The translations under genes and the position numbers were made by a program. Below are positions 27,071 through 28,312 of a stretch of DNA of 28,312 bases, in pieces (the first letter of the stretch is position 1; each line of letters opens with the position of its first letter). The stretch spans positions 1 through 28,312 of the forward strand of contig JBGSTX010000041.1 in the NCBI GenBank assembly GCA_041736305.1. Direction: 5' to 3'. Source of the stretch: Oligoflexus sp. (lineage in GTDB: Bacteria > Bdellovibrionota_B > Oligoflexia > Oligoflexales > Oligoflexaceae). A model generated the notes under the pieces. The model searched no databases, was not told where the DNA came from, and saw nothing but the letters and a program-made list of their open reading frames with translations.

Positions 27071-27473
27071 CTTTTCTCTCTCCTGCATAGGGACAGTTTT
27101 AGCTTTGGATGCTCGCGCTCTGCTCAAGTTTCGTATGCTCCTCAAGCTCATCCGCTCGTGGAAACACATGCCAGTAATTCATCCAATGAATATTTCTTAA
27201 TCTTAGATTCTATCTCAAGAAACTGAATGTGGAAATTATTGTCCCAAGATCGTTAATCCGAAACTTTCGTATCCTATATCTGCCTCGAGGAACTGGGATT
27301 GCGGACTAGAGTTTTGCACAGAGGGGTCTAAGTCCGCGGAATATATAGCCACCGCAATAAGTGCGTCAATAAAGTTGATTTAAATAGCACATAATAGTAA
27401 ACCATATTGGCGCTCCGAAACTGTAGAGCACAAGCTAGCTGGGCGCGATTAGAGAAAAGGAAGGAAGTTTTTC

Positions 27474-28046
27474 ATGAACCACAATGCCGAAATTATTCTC
27501 GAAAAGGGCTTTGCGAAGCCAGCCTCCAGCAGCCACTCAATGCCCTCACCCCTGTTCAATCCTCGTCAGAAACTTATCCCTAATCTCAGCCCCAGGTTGA
27601 TCGAGCTTCCTGAAGCTTTCGAGGCTTATAGTGAACTCAAGTTTATGCAAGCAGGATCTGTGCGGGATAGCTGGCTATTGAAGAATTATCAGATCGACGG
27701 CAATAAGATTTCGAGTCGCTTCGATCGCAAGTACCATAGTGCCCTCAAGGCATCACCCTCGCATGTTGTGCCGACTACATTTGCAGCTGTCGCGCAGCAT
27801 CTGGCCTTTATCTACGGCAGCGAACTCTTCGGCTTCGATCATCAGCGAGAAGAGCGCATTAAGCTATGGCCTACGGAGTTTCAGAATCAGCAGCGTAATC
27901 TCATCGCCGAAGAGGAAGATCTCATCGTCGAACTCACCGTAAATTACATCCAGCATCTTCGCAGCAATATGTATATGGCCGAGGCCGTCGCTAGCGTCAA
28001 TCAAGATGCCACTATGACAATGAAATGCGTAGTTTATACGATCTAA
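27474..28046 (+). CDS. Hypothetical protein, possible hotdog-fold thioesterase/dehydratase
   Basis: AGGAAGGAAG RBS; PSH followed by a long helix and four to five beta-like segments. The fold call is tentative. Confidence 0.6.
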   Translation: MNHNAEIILEKGFAKPASSSHSMPSPLFNPRQKLIPNLSPRLIELPEAFEAYSELKFMQAGSVRDSWLLKNYQIDGNKISSRFDRKYHSALKASPSHVVPTTFAAVAQHLAFIYGSELFGFDHQREERIKLWPTEFQNQQRNLIAEEEDLIVELTVNYIQHLRSNMYMAEAVASVNQDATMTMKCVVYTI

Positions 28047-28312
28047 GGAAGAAGATTCATGCTTAACGAAATGCTCTTTGTATATTCCGTAGCTATGGCG
28101 CTGATCATGCAGTTTGCCTACAATCATCGGGGCCAAAAGTATCGCAGCAAAAAGAACGATCAAATCGAAAGCTCGCTTTCCTTTCGAATTTTCTATCTGC
28201 TCTTGCGCGTCACTTACGTTCCCGTGCTCTATTTCGCTCTCTTTCAAGGGAAGTTTACCTTTGCGCCTTCATCCTCGCTGCTCATCACGGGCCTCATTAT
28301 TAGCTTCTTAGG

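Noticed and set aside
27864-28247. 127-aa minus-strand ORF with one hydrophobic segment
   Set aside because: TTG start, 183-nt overlap with the convergent 27474-28046 gene and no motif. It could be a small or frameshifted membrane protein, but this cannot be supported at the window edge.

Overview
Gene-dense bacterial window of mid GC. Gene content suggests Oligoflexia/Bdellovibrionota (lipoproteins, minor pilins, an orphan MreB paralog, a sigma54 activator); this lineage call is inference. Left to right it contains: (i) the 5' ~141 nt of a minus-strand HEARO/omegaRNA-like scaffold of an IS200/IS605 IscB/IsrB-type element that runs off the left edge; (ii) an SGNH lipoprotein with a Pro/Thr repeat stalk; (iii) a lipid-carrier amino-sugar modification cluster (DegT aminotransferase, GT2, epimerase, SAM methyltransferase) head-to-head with a GT-C membrane transferase; (iv) a solitary mreB paralog; (v) dispersed fatty-acid catabolism genes (CoA ligase, FadN-like, acyl-CoA dehydrogenase, crotonase); (vi) a three-gene minor-pilin cassette whose PilX/GspK-like member ends in a Ser-initiated Hint (intein/hedgehog-like) domain; (vii) an IorAB-type molybdoenzyme whose Tat-signalled large subunit carries a C-terminal monoheme cytochrome c; (viii) an NtrC-family activator missing half of its receiver domain; (ix) a Zn-phospholipase C/Het-C-like lipoprotein with a partner gene; (x) an SxxK esterase and hypothetical proteins. 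The best candidates for something new are the Hint-bearing pilin cassette and the omegaRNA with its flanking guide. All calls come from reading motifs by eye; no searches were run.
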